Positions 29,025 to 38,756 of a stretch of DNA of 64,000 nucleotides are shown piece by piece. Within the stretch, counting starts at the first letter, position 1; each line of letters begins with the position of its first letter. A program made the translations under genes and the position numbers. The DNA lies in contig CAZUKH010000001.1 of the NCBI GenBank assembly GCA_964620955.1, positions 190,810 to 254,809 on the forward strand. The letters run 5' to 3'. Source of the DNA: an uncultured Candidatus Saccharibacteria bacterium. GTDB lineage: Bacteria; Patescibacteriota; Dojkabacteria; J137. A model generated the notes under the pieces. The model was not told the origin of the DNA, did not search any database, and saw only the letters and a program-made list of their open reading frames with translations.

Positions 29025-31286
29025 TTAGTTACCTCTAAGTTTTGTGATATAAGAATCAGCGTCGTCTATAAGCACTTCCCTGGGTTTACTTCCATTTGCT
29101 GGTCCCACAACCCCTGCCTCTTCAAGCTCTTCTAGTAGTCTTGCGGCTCTGTTAAAACCTATACTTAACCTTCTTTGCAAGTATGATGAAGATGCTTTAC
29201 GAGCTTGTACAACAAGGTATATAGCCTGTTCCACCAAATCATCACCAGATATTTCTCCAAGTGCTTCCGCTGTCATTTCTTCAGGTGAGCGTATTTCGTT
29301 TCTAATTTGATCGATTGTTAAGTATTCGAGAGCATCTTCGGGTACCTGAGCCTTAATGAACTCAACAATGCTTGTAACTTCGCTTTGTTCTATAAATGCA
29401 CACTGAAGTCTTTCTGCTTTAGTTTTATCAGGTGCTTTATAAAGCAGATCCCCTGACCCCATAAGACTTTCGGCGCCTATTCGATCTAATATTACTCTGG
29501 AATCCGTTGAGCTTGTTACGCTCATTCCAACTCTGCCAGGAATATTAGCTTTAATTATGCCTGTAATAACATTAACAGAGGGTCTTTGAGTTGCGAGAAT
29601 AAGGTGTATTCCAACTGCTCTTGCCTTTTGGGCGAGCCTTACAATAGCGTTTTCTGCTTCTACTCGTCCTGCTGTCATCATCATATCTGCCATTTCATCA
29701 ATTACAACAACTATGTAAGGCATTGCTGCAAAACCTTTTTTACTATTGTAGCCTTCAATATTTCTTACCTGTTCTTTAGCAAGAATCGAATATCTTGTTT
29801 CCATTTCTTTTACAGTCCATTTTAACCAGTCGACAACTTGTTCCATTTGGGTAATTACCGGAGTAATAAGGTGGGGAATTCCGTTGTAATCCATAAGTTC
29901 TACCTGCTTAGGGTCTACAAGAATTAACTTTAGTTCGTCTGGTGTTTTCTTCATTATTAATGAAGTTATAAAAGTGTTTGTAAGTACAGATTTTCCAGAA
30001 CCTGTAGCCCCTGCAATAAGCAAATGTGGCATTTTGTAAATATTACCTATTACTGCTTCTCCATGTATATTTTTTCCAATAGGAACAGGAAGTACATAGT
30101 CTGTATTTCGCATTTTTTCTGAAGTCATTAACTCTTTAATTCGCACTAAATCTCTACTAGATCTTGGGATTTCAACACCTAGGTAAGAGGTTTCAGGTAT
30201 TGTTTCGACTCTTACGGCTTTCGAATCAACTCCTAAAGCAAGAGCGATATTTTCGTTTAAATTTGCTACTTTAGAAACCTTTATTCCTAAAGGTATGCTT
30301 AATGCGTATTGAATAACCGAAGGGCCAACAAAAGCTTGTTCTACTTTTGCATCTATGTCAAAGCTCAAAAGGATTTCTTCGATTATTCCTGCTTTTTCTT
30401 TTATATCTGTTTCTTTTGTGCTTGGCTTTTCGGGAGGTAATAAAAGACTTGCTGGTGGAAGTGTCCAGCCAGGGAACTTTAGTGTTTCCTGGCTAAGTCC
30501 ATCATCTCCTAAATCAACGTGTTTGTAGTTAATGCTCATTTGTTCTGCTGGTTTAATAATTTTTAGGGGAGATTCTGGGTATTGTCTTTCCAATGTATCA
30601 TCAGCTGACTTGGTTTGCATTGCGAGTTTTTCGGCTTCTCGTTTTTTTATTAAGTCATTAAAATCTCCAAAACGTGATCTTGGTTGTTTAAACTCATCTA
30701 TCTCTTCAGATTGTTCACCGGTAAGCTGATCTATTGGAGTAAATAGTGCTTTTACAATTTTGAATACTTTGTTAATAAATTTTCCTGCAAGCTGTGTAAG
30801 TGAAGAAAGAGAAACTGAAAGTGCAATTGGCGTTAGTATAAGTATAGACAACAAAAGAATAATTTGAGTTGCTGGCTGGGTTGGTATTTTATCGCCTAGC
30901 AGGTCAACTACAATGTAATATCCAACGCGACCTCCAGCAGCGCTTATAGGGTCTGCCTTTAAAATAGTCCATTGATCTGTATTAAGAGTAGAAATAAATG
31001 CAGGTACAAGAAAGGTTAGTGCTGTAAGTGAAATGATATTGGGTAGTTTTAAAAACCTACTTTCTGCACCTAGTAATTTTATGCCAATAACTCCAAGTGT
31101 TATTGCTGTTAATAATGTAGAATTGTTAAAAAGACTTCGTGCTTGGCTAAATATGTTTTGATCGTTTGGGTTTACACTTAAATAGGCAATTGCAAAAAAG
31201 ATTGAAAAAAGCAGGCAAAGTAACCCAAAGAATGTTGAAGTTTCTTTGCTATCGTAAGTAATTTTTTTTCTTTTTCTCCTTCCCAT
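29025..31286 (-). CDS. ftsK: DNA translocase FtsK/SpoIIIE
   Basis: N-terminal TM domain, Walker A GATGSGKSV, ATQRPS motif and C-terminal gamma (winged-helix) domain. Confidence 0.9.
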   Translation of the reverse strand: MGRRKRKKITYDSKETSTFFGLLCLLFSIFFAIAYLSVNPNDQNIFSQARSLFNNSTLLTAITLGVIGIKLLGAESRFLKLPNIISLTALTFLVPAFISTLNTDQWTILKADPISAAGGRVGYYIVVDLLGDKIPTQPATQIILLLSILILTPIALSVSLSSLTQLAGKFINKVFKIVKALFTPIDQLTGEQSEEIDEFKQPRSRFGDFNDLIKKREAEKLAMQTKSADDTLERQYPESPLKIIKPAEQMSINYKHVDLGDDGLSQETLKFPGWTLPPASLLLPPEKPSTKETDIKEKAGIIEEILLSFDIDAKVEQAFVGPSVIQYALSIPLGIKVSKVANLNENIALALGVDSKAVRVETIPETSYLGVEIPRSSRDLVRIKELMTSEKMRNTDYVLPVPIGKNIHGEAVIGNIYKMPHLLIAGATGSGKSVLTNTFITSLIMKKTPDELKLILVDPKQVELMDYNGIPHLITPVITQMEQVVDWLKWTVKEMETRYSILAKEQVRNIEGYNSKKGFAAMPYIVVVIDEMADMMMTAGRVEAENAIVRLAQKARAVGIHLILATQRPSVNVITGIIKANIPGRVGMSVTSSTDSRVILDRIGAESLMGSGDLLYKAPDKTKAERLQCAFIEQSEVTSIVEFIKAQVPEDALEYLTIDQIRNEIRSPEEMTAEALGEISGDDLVEQAIYLVVQARKASSSYLQRRLSIGFNRAARLLEELEEAGVVGPANGSKPREVLIDDADSYITKLRGN

Positions 31287-31346
31287 ATATTTAATGATAT
31301 TATTCTAATGCAACAAAGCGATTAAAACAAATATTAATACACGATT

Positions 31347-32123
31347 ATGAAGGTTTTAGATGAAGCAACCAAGTTTGCTCATTTAGGTAAGCCAGGTACA
31401 GCTTTTAGTAAGGGTTTTGAAAGAAGGTTGAAGAAGGTTGAAAGATTGGTAAATTTAAAAGATGCGGTTATTCTTGATCAAGGTGCAGGAGAGGGTGTTT
31501 GGATGAATGAGTTTACTAATTACACAAGCCCTTCAAAGATTTTTGGATTTGACATTGATAAAGAAAATTTTGAGAAGTTTCAAGAACTGCAAACAGGTGT
31601 TGATATAAATAAAAAAATTCCATTGCAAAACTTTAAAATCTGCCCCGCAGAAAAACTCGATTTTGACAGTAACTTTTTTGATGTTGTGTTTAGTAACGAA
31701 GTGCTTGAGCATGTCCAAGATGATAATAAATCTGTAAAAGAAGTTATAAGGGTACTAAAACCTGGTGGATATTTTGTTATTTTTACCCCAAATAGAGGAT
31801 GGCCATTTGAAACTCATGGCATGTTTTTTAGAGGGAAATATTATTGGGGAAATATTCCTTTTTTACCTTGGCTACCAAAGTTTGTTTCGAAAAGGTTTGC
31901 TAGTCACGTAAGAAATTATTCTAACAAAGATATAAAAAGGTTGTTTAGCAACATTGATGCAAAGATTATTTATCATTCTCATGTTTTCCCTGGTTTTGAC
32001 AAACTTTCTAAAAAGAGGGGCTTAGTTGGAAAGTTAGTGCAAAAGTTTTTTCACGCTATTGAAAAGACTCCACTAAACTATTTTGGCATAAGTCATTTTT
32101 TAATAGTAAAAAAGTCGAAATAA
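31347..32123 (+). CDS. class I SAM-dependent methyltransferase
   Basis: Motif I ILDQGAGEG and motif II/III (VLKPGGYFVIF). Confidence 0.7.
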   Translation: MKVLDEATKFAHLGKPGTAFSKGFERRLKKVERLVNLKDAVILDQGAGEGVWMNEFTNYTSPSKIFGFDIDKENFEKFQELQTGVDINKKIPLQNFKICPAEKLDFDSNFFDVVFSNEVLEHVQDDNKSVKEVIRVLKPGGYFVIFTPNRGWPFETHGMFFRGKYYWGNIPFLPWLPKFVSKRFASHVRNYSNKDIKRLFSNIDAKIIYHSHVFPGFDKLSKKRGLVGKLVQKFFHAIEKTPLNYFGISHFLIVKKSK

Positions 32124-32128
32124 GAGCT

Positions 32129-32875
32129 TTACCATTTTCCATAACCACCAATAGAGTCGGATAGCTGTTTAGAAATTTTGCTTGCATTTTTAGGAAATTT
32201 TCTTAATACATTACTTTTGGTATAAGTTGCTGCAACTTTAAAATAGCCAAATGCTTCGTATCTTCTTGGAGAAACGCGAATAGGGTTCAAAATAACCCTA
32301 AATTTTGCGTTATTCTTTATTGCTTGGTCTGTAAGAATTTGATCCTCAGCCATATAAAGATTGGATTTATAACCACCAGTTTTAATAAATAAAGAGTGCT
32401 TTATAAGCAAACATTGACTTAGCCCCATAGGTTTAGGGGTAAGAGTACTTCCAAGCTGCAAAATATTCCACCATATACTGTAAACAGTGTAAAACGGTTT
32501 TTGTAACCATAAATCATACAAAAAGTTGGCCATATCAAGATTACGCTTGTTAAAAGAGGAAAGAGCTTTTTTTAAAAAATTCTTGCTAAAGGTTACATCC
32601 GCATCAACAAACATTAATAATTTACCTTTTGCTACTCTTGCTCCATTATTTCTTCCTTCACCGGGCAAACCACCTTTTACAACCTTTGCCTTAAAACTTT
32701 CGGCAACTAACCTTGTGTTATCTTTAGAGCCTGCATCGGCAACAATAACTTCAAAGTCTTGAAAGGTTTGGGTTTTGAGGCATTCTAAAAGAACACGCAA
32801 GTAATCTTCTTCGTTAAGTGTAGGAATTATTATTGATAGGTAAGGATTATTCAAAACTTTCATGTGTACTTGCAA
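32129..32875 (-). CDS. glycosyltransferase family 2
   Basis: LSIIIPTLNEE...VIVADAGSKD...VDAD motifs of the GT-A fold. Confidence 0.75.
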   Translation of the reverse strand: MQVHMKVLNNPYLSIIIPTLNEEDYLRVLLECLKTQTFQDFEVIVADAGSKDNTRLVAESFKAKVVKGGLPGEGRNNGARVAKGKLLMFVDADVTFSKNFLKKALSSFNKRNLDMANFLYDLWLQKPFYTVYSIWWNILQLGSTLTPKPMGLSQCLLIKHSLFIKTGGYKSNLYMAEDQILTDQAIKNNAKFRVILNPIRVSPRRYEAFGYFKVAATYTKSNVLRKFPKNASKISKQLSDSIGGYGKW

Positions 32876-32963
32876 ACAGTTTTAATTTTAATTAAATTTA
32901 ATTGATTTGTCATTACAAAAATGACTTCATATGGCATTAAAAATTTGGTAGTCTATCTTAAAT

Positions 32964-35168
32964 ATGAGTGAAAATAAACACAAAGTCATTGTTTTCTTGC
33001 TATCTTTATTCCTAGTTTTAGTTATAGGTTCTGTAGTTATTGGTGGATATATTGCCTTAAAAAATGCTTCAGATAACTCAGAACAGTCTGATTTTAGCGT
33101 TGCTGGTGTTAATGACATTTTTAATATTCGAAGCTTTGGGGCTACCCCTAACGATGGGACTGAAGATACTAATGCAATACAATCAGCAGTTAATGCAGCT
33201 GTAGCCGTAGGGGGTTCTGTTTATGTGCCGGCAGGGATTTATAGAAGTGGAACTATAGATATTGACGATAATATAACGATATATGGAGATCCAAACTATG
33301 TGAGTATAATTGAGATGAAAGATAATAATGGAGGACCTGCAAGCTCCCCTCAATCTGCAAGATATTTGATTAGACCAAAAAAATACCTCACTAGGTGGGT
33401 TTATCAAAACAACCAAGAGCTCCCTAACTACACTAAAAATGTGGTAATTCGAGACCTTAAACTTGTTGGAAGAAGTGCAAACCAATGGGATGGCGGGCCA
33501 TTACCCGAAGGAAGCTCTTCTATGCATGGTATCGGAATGATAGCAGCGTACAATTGGAAACTAGAAAGAGTATGGGCAGAAGACTTTGATGGAGATGGAT
33601 TTTATATTGCAGGTCGTGACTTAGGACCAGGGTCTTTTTACAACGAACTTTTAGACTGTGTTGCAACAAAAAACTTGCGTAACGGAATAACTATAATCCA
33701 TGGTGACTACAACTTAATTAGAGGTTGTAAGGTATATGAAAACCAGCAAGGAATTTTGCCTGGTCCTAAGTATTCTCCAAATATGTATAAGGCAGCAGAA
33801 ATAGATTTTGAGCCTAATAGAGTAGAGCAAACTGTTAATTACAATGTTGTTGAAAACAACGAACTTGGTCCTGGACCAGGTGACGGATTTGGTATGACAC
33901 GTCCAGGTCCGCAACAAAAAGGGAATGTTATAAGAAATAATACTTTTAAAGATTTCAAACGCTACCAGTTTGCAACATGGGTTGAAGAAATTGATTCAAA
34001 TAGAATTCAGGGAAATACCTTTATCGCTACTACTTCTGACTCAGTAGCAACACATATGGTAATTGGGGATGCGAAAAACACTTGTGTTATTGGCAATACT
34101 TTTACCGGTAATACTTCACAAAATGGCTTGCTTGTAAGGTCCGATGCAGTAAACACATCGTTTGTTAAAAACACATTTAATTTAAGCGGCACTTCTGATG
34201 GAGCAGCAATAAGAATTAACGTTGATACCTCTGGTACTCCTGTAGGGACACAATTTTTTCAAAACTCGGGTACATTAAGAATTATTGGTAATGGAACTTC
34301 CGCCCAATCACAAACACAACCAGCAAATTGCCCTGATGTGTATACTGTACCTGATGCGGGTAATATTGGAGATACTTCAACCCCACCAACAGAAGACCCA
34401 CCCGCAGAGGATCCCGTAACACCAGAAGATCCTGTTGTTGAAGATCCTGTCGATCCTCCTCCAGCTACAACTGTCCCACAAGCACCTTACAATAATGCTT
34501 CGGCATTTCAGCTACCTGGTAAAATTGAAGCTGAGGATTATGACGTTGGAGGCGAAGGAGTTTCTTACTCAGATAAAACCACGGGAAATGATTGGTCTGC
34601 TTACCGATCTGACGGAGTTGATATCATATCTAATACACCTGCAAGCAATCAAAACATGGTAATTTTGTTTCAAAGGACTGAATGGATTGAATACACAGTA
34701 ACTTCTACTGCTACAACTACCTATGACTTTAAAGCAAAACTAGGTACTGTCGGAACAAGTTCAGGTAAGTTAAAGGTCTATGTAAATGATCAAATTGCGG
34801 GCACTTTAGATGTGCCCCAAATGACAAATTGGCGGCAAGTAGTCTTAGCAAATCCAATAAGTCTTCAGCTCCCGGCTGGGCAGAGTGTAATACGGCTTGA
34901 GGCAGATGCATCAAACTTTATAGATTTGGACTATATTGAGTTTACAACAAAAACAACAACATCAAACCCAGAGGCTGCTCTGCAGTGTAAAGCTGATATC
35001 AATAAAGATAATTCTGTAAACCTTCAGGACTTTGCATTATTCGCAGCTTCTTGGAATAAAAATTTAGCTGATTGCTCTAAAGATATATCGGGCGAAGATT
35101 GTAAGTATAATCTTCAAGATTTTGCAATATTTGCCTCTGCTTATGGAAAGCAAGGTGTATGTAATTAA
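32964..35168 (+). CDS. secreted right-handed beta-helix (pectate-lyase-superfamily) enzyme with CBM6-like module and C-terminal dockerin-like repeats
   Basis: Signal anchor. N-terminal FGATPNDGTEDTNAIQSAVNAA...GGSVYVPAGIY (pectate lyase superfamily). A P/T/E/D linker. A CBM6-like module (IEAEDYDVGGEGVSYSD...). A C-terminal pair of Ca-binding-type loops (DINKDNSVNLQD...FALFA and DISGEDCKYNLQD...FAIFA), as in dockerin type I. Confidence 0.6.
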   Translation: MSENKHKVIVFLLSLFLVLVIGSVVIGGYIALKNASDNSEQSDFSVAGVNDIFNIRSFGATPNDGTEDTNAIQSAVNAAVAVGGSVYVPAGIYRSGTIDIDDNITIYGDPNYVSIIEMKDNNGGPASSPQSARYLIRPKKYLTRWVYQNNQELPNYTKNVVIRDLKLVGRSANQWDGGPLPEGSSSMHGIGMIAAYNWKLERVWAEDFDGDGFYIAGRDLGPGSFYNELLDCVATKNLRNGITIIHGDYNLIRGCKVYENQQGILPGPKYSPNMYKAAEIDFEPNRVEQTVNYNVVENNELGPGPGDGFGMTRPGPQQKGNVIRNNTFKDFKRYQFATWVEEIDSNRIQGNTFIATTSDSVATHMVIGDAKNTCVIGNTFTGNTSQNGLLVRSDAVNTSFVKNTFNLSGTSDGAAIRINVDTSGTPVGTQFFQNSGTLRIIGNGTSAQSQTQPANCPDVYTVPDAGNIGDTSTPPTEDPPAEDPVTPEDPVVEDPVDPPPATTVPQAPYNNASAFQLPGKIEAEDYDVGGEGVSYSDKTTGNDWSAYRSDGVDIISNTPASNQNMVILFQRTEWIEYTVTSTATTTYDFKAKLGTVGTSSGKLKVYVNDQIAGTLDVPQMTNWRQVVLANPISLQLPAGQSVIRLEADASNFIDLDYIEFTTKTTTSNPEAALQCKADINKDNSVNLQDFALFAASWNKNLADCSKDISGEDCKYNLQDFAIFASAYGKQGVCN

Positions 35169-35181
35169 TTTATAAAAAACT

Positions 35182-37818
35182 ATGAGAAAAGTAAAAAAAA
35201 TAGGTTTCCAGTCTTTAGTTATTTATAATGTAATAGCCTTAATGTTCTTTGCTTCAGGGCTTCTTTCGCTTGTAAGCTATTTGCCAGGGTCTCAAGAGTC
35301 TAAAGATGTACAGGTGAGTGGGGAGCTTTCAAGTGTTGGGACAGCAAAGCCAATTGCCAGTAATGCTCACCCAAACCTCTATTTTAACCAGGCTGAACTT
35401 GAAGCAATAAGAAAAGCAGTATTAGTGGATAAATATCCCCAGTATGCTGTCAATACTTTTAATGCAATAAAAGGAGTTCAACCAGTTAATAAGCCTAGCA
35501 CGGTTGAAACAACTAACTTCGAACCTAATAAAAACTACCATTACAATATTATTGTAGGACTAACAAGACAAAATTTTCAAGCAACATGGAGTTACGCTAT
35601 TGAACCGACACAAGCAAAGGGTCAAAAGCTTAAAGAGTCTTTGCTTAGCTGGACTTCAAGAATGCCAGGAACGACGTATAATGCACTAAATCTTTGGATG
35701 TATGATGTTCATCAAGGAGCATTTATGCACTTTGCACTTGCTTGGATGTATGATCTGTTGTACCCAACTGGGTTGTTAACTGATACGGAAAAACAAAGGT
35801 TAGATCAATGGTTTTCTGAAGTCGCAATTTTAGCTCAAAGTGATTGGGATAAGTTTGTATCTCATAGAAACGATTATCCAGATTTATATGCCGTAACATA
35901 TGAAGGATCACGAAGAGAATCGTATTTCAATAAATCAGCTTTTGACATGGGAGGGGCTGTAGTTTGCGCTTTAGTTTCGCACAACCAGGCAGCTGTAAAT
36001 AGTACAATACAAAGTGGTATTTCCGATAACAACTTTTTAATTACTACAAGTAGCAATCAGTATAGAGACCTCAAGAATTATATAGCTGGTTCTATTTTTT
36101 CTGACGGGTATACTTATGACGGGTTTCACAGATACTATGGATTTGACCCAGTAGCCGGTTATAAAGGTGAAAATGCGGGCCAAGGTCAACAATATCATTT
36201 TTTTATGTTAATGCCTTTAGCGTTAGCTGCCGAGGCAGCAACTCATAATGGATTTAATGCATGGGAATACAAAGATAAAGCTTTGCTTAAAGCTTATGTA
36301 AAAGGCTATCCTTGGGCAGGAAGTGCCTGGAGAGATAGTAAATCTGGGTCTGCAGACTATAATCATCTTCCTTTTTACTGGCTTTTATACAGAAGGTTCC
36401 CAACTAACAGTACAATTAAATCGGCAGTTCAACAATCAGGAGCTACATCTGACTCTTACCCCTATGCTATAACTAACACTGAAGAGCTATGGGGCGTACT
36501 TGGAGATTTAACTGTATCTGGTACTACACCTCCACCAACACAAGATCCACCAACACAAGATCCTCCACCAGTTCAAGATCCAGTAACACCACCAACTCAA
36601 GATCCACCACCTGCGACGGTGCCACAGGCACCGTACAATAGGAGCACACCATGGGAAGTGCCAGGAAAAGTTGAAGCTGAAGATTATGACTTAGGAGGCC
36701 AGGGTATTTCTTATTCAGATAAGTCCACCGACAACGAATGGGATGCCTACAGGGCCGATGGGGTGGATATTATTTCGAATGCATCCGCCAGCAATCAAAA
36801 CATGGTAATACTGTTCCAGAGAACAGAGTGGATGGAGTACACAGTTACATCGACTACTGCAGCCAGCTATAACTTAAAGGCTAAGCTTGGTACAGTTGCA
36901 ACTACAGGGCTTGTAAAAGTTTATATAAATGATCAACTAGTTGGAACACTCCAGGTTCCTCAGATGGCTGGATGGAGGCAAGTAGTTATAACAGACCCTC
37001 TAACCATACAATTACCGCAAGGTCAAAGTGTTATAAAAATTGAAGCAGATGCATCAAATTTTATAGATTTTGATTATTTTGAAATTACATCAAACCAGGT
37101 AACTACACCTCCGCCCGCTGCTATTACTCAATCGGCGTATAACCGGACTTCTTCTTGGCCAATTGGAGAGATTGAAGCTGAGAATTTTGATGAGGGAGGG
37201 CAGGACGTTGCTTACTCAGATGCAGATAATGTAAACCAATATGGGCAAATTTATAGAACAGAAGGTGTTGATGTACGCCAGTTAAACTCCGGCTACGTTG
37301 TAGGATATATACAACCCGGAGAGTGGCTTGAGTATACTGTAAATGTACCTAGTGACGGTAACTATAGGTTTTTTACCGATGCTGCAACGACATACTCAAA
37401 CAGGTCGTTTAGCATACTACTAAACGGAACGGTAAAAGGCAATATACAGGTGCCAGTGACTGGAAGCTGGAATACTTTTGAAAGAGCTTACTCACAGTAC
37501 ACGAATCTTACTGCTGGTGATTATGTTTTAAGAATACAAACAGATTCTGCAGAAGCGTGGTTTGACCTTGATAAAATTGGAATTGAAAAACAAGCGACCT
37601 CAACACCTGTTACTTCAGAAGCATGTAAAGCAGATATAAATAAAGATGGGAATGTAAATCTTGTAGATTTCGCACTTTTTGCAACGTATTGGAACAAACA
37701 ACTTCCAGACTGCTCTATGGACATAGCACCAAGCCTTAAATCTTGCTGGATAGACCTTGCAGACTTTGCAGTTTTTGCGAAACATTACGGAAAACAGAAT
37801 GTATGCCAGTCTAATTAA
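35182..37818 (+). CDS. secreted (alpha/alpha)-toroid polysaccharide-lyase-like enzyme with two CBM6-like modules and C-terminal dockerin-like repeats
   Basis: N-terminal domain resembles alginate-lyase / heparinase II/III type (tentative). PT linker. Two AEDYD/AENFD...GG...YSD CBM6-like modules. C-terminal DINKDGNVNLVDFALFA plus a second repeat. Confidence 0.5.
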   Translation: MRKVKKIGFQSLVIYNVIALMFFASGLLSLVSYLPGSQESKDVQVSGELSSVGTAKPIASNAHPNLYFNQAELEAIRKAVLVDKYPQYAVNTFNAIKGVQPVNKPSTVETTNFEPNKNYHYNIIVGLTRQNFQATWSYAIEPTQAKGQKLKESLLSWTSRMPGTTYNALNLWMYDVHQGAFMHFALAWMYDLLYPTGLLTDTEKQRLDQWFSEVAILAQSDWDKFVSHRNDYPDLYAVTYEGSRRESYFNKSAFDMGGAVVCALVSHNQAAVNSTIQSGISDNNFLITTSSNQYRDLKNYIAGSIFSDGYTYDGFHRYYGFDPVAGYKGENAGQGQQYHFFMLMPLALAAEAATHNGFNAWEYKDKALLKAYVKGYPWAGSAWRDSKSGSADYNHLPFYWLLYRRFPTNSTIKSAVQQSGATSDSYPYAITNTEELWGVLGDLTVSGTTPPPTQDPPTQDPPPVQDPVTPPTQDPPPATVPQAPYNRSTPWEVPGKVEAEDYDLGGQGISYSDKSTDNEWDAYRADGVDIISNASASNQNMVILFQRTEWMEYTVTSTTAASYNLKAKLGTVATTGLVKVYINDQLVGTLQVPQMAGWRQVVITDPLTIQLPQGQSVIKIEADASNFIDFDYFEITSNQVTTPPPAAITQSAYNRTSSWPIGEIEAENFDEGGQDVAYSDADNVNQYGQIYRTEGVDVRQLNSGYVVGYIQPGEWLEYTVNVPSDGNYRFFTDAATTYSNRSFSILLNGTVKGNIQVPVTGSWNTFERAYSQYTNLTAGDYVLRIQTDSAEAWFDLDKIGIEKQATSTPVTSEACKADINKDGNVNLVDFALFATYWNKQLPDCSMDIAPSLKSCWIDLADFAVFAKHYGKQNVCQSN

Positions 37819-37845
37819 TAATTTTTAAAATAAGATAAAAATACA

Positions 37846-38433
37846 ATGAAAAATTCAGTAAGGTTTTTAATCATAAGTGCAGTATTTTTAACTGTAGCAG
37901 GCTTGGTTGTTTGGGTTTCTGCAATTAGTAATAAAAGCAGTGCAGAAGGTTTTAAAGACGCATCAGTCTCAGATTTTTTTGATTCTCAAAGTGTATTAAG
38001 TATTTTTGAAAACGAAGTAGACGAAGGCGAGATTTTTTCACAAAAAACGTTTATAGATTTTGCACTTGAGGGTAATACTTTGGAAGTTAGAGCCAGGAGC
38101 GGGGATAATAAATTGCGTGCAGTTGAATTAAAAATACAATTTGATCCTATAGTTGTTTTGCCGGGTCAAATTGAAACAGGCAATGCATTTGATCTTTATC
38201 TTAACCCTGAAGTTGATTTGGAAAATGGAGTTATAAAGATAGTGGCTGCTTTACCAAACGATCTTAGTGCAGAGGGCAGGCTCGTCGCAAAGGTACCACT
38301 TACAAAGCTTACTTCCGATACAAGCGTGATTAGGTTGCTTTCGAGTGAAGATTTGGGTAAAGAAAATGTTTCTAAAATAGTTTTGGATTCTTCTACACAA
38401 CTTTCTCTTTACCCCGCGGTGGTTGAGTTTTAG
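37846..38433 (+). CDS. small secreted cohesin-like domain protein (tentative)
   Basis: Signal anchor plus a ~150-aa beta-rich domain. AVELKIQFDPIVV and GVIKIVAAL...EGRLVAKVPLTKL resemble the cohesin core patterns (fel.YDpnvLe, g.i.f.f). Lies directly downstream of two dockerin-bearing genes. Confidence 0.4.
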   Translation: MKNSVRFLIISAVFLTVAGLVVWVSAISNKSSAEGFKDASVSDFFDSQSVLSIFENEVDEGEIFSQKTFIDFALEGNTLEVRARSGDNKLRAVELKIQFDPIVVLPGQIETGNAFDLYLNPEVDLENGVIKIVAALPNDLSAEGRLVAKVPLTKLTSDTSVIRLLSSEDLGKENVSKIVLDSSTQLSLYPAVVEF

Positions 38434-38470
38434 CAATTAACCCTCAAAATTTTACGACATAATTTTAAGG

Positions 38471-38499
38471 TTGACACAAATTTTTGCTTCTTTTATTCT
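38471..38499 (+). promoter_or_regulatory. putative sigma70-type promoter
   Basis: TTGACA-N17-TATTCT about 20 nt upstream of the 38521 start codon. Confidence 0.25.
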
Positions 38500-38520
38500 G
38501 TTCTAACACAAAATCTTTTT

Positions 38521-38745
38521 ATGCCAAAATTTCTTAAAAACTATTTTTGGGATGTAGAATTCTCTTTAATGAATAAGGATAGAGATAGAATTTTTATTGC
38601 CGAAAGGATATTAAACCTTGGTAGAATTGAAGGCTTTTCCTGGCTGGTTAATAACTACGGTATTGAAGAACTGCTCAACATTACTAAGATAAACCCGAAT
38701 ATTAGCAATACCGCTAAGTCATTACTTAAGGCTTTGATTAGCTGA
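38521..38745 (+). CDS. small conserved partner protein of AbiEii-family nucleotidyltransferase (putative antitoxin-like)
   Basis: 74 aa with YFWDVEF...IAERILNLGRIEGFSWLVNNYGIEEL. 11-nt gap to the downstream AbiEii-like gene. Confidence 0.35.
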   Translation: MPKFLKNYFWDVEFSLMNKDRDRIFIAERILNLGRIEGFSWLVNNYGIEELLNITKINPNISNTAKSLLKALIS

Positions 38746-38756
38746 TATAATCACGA

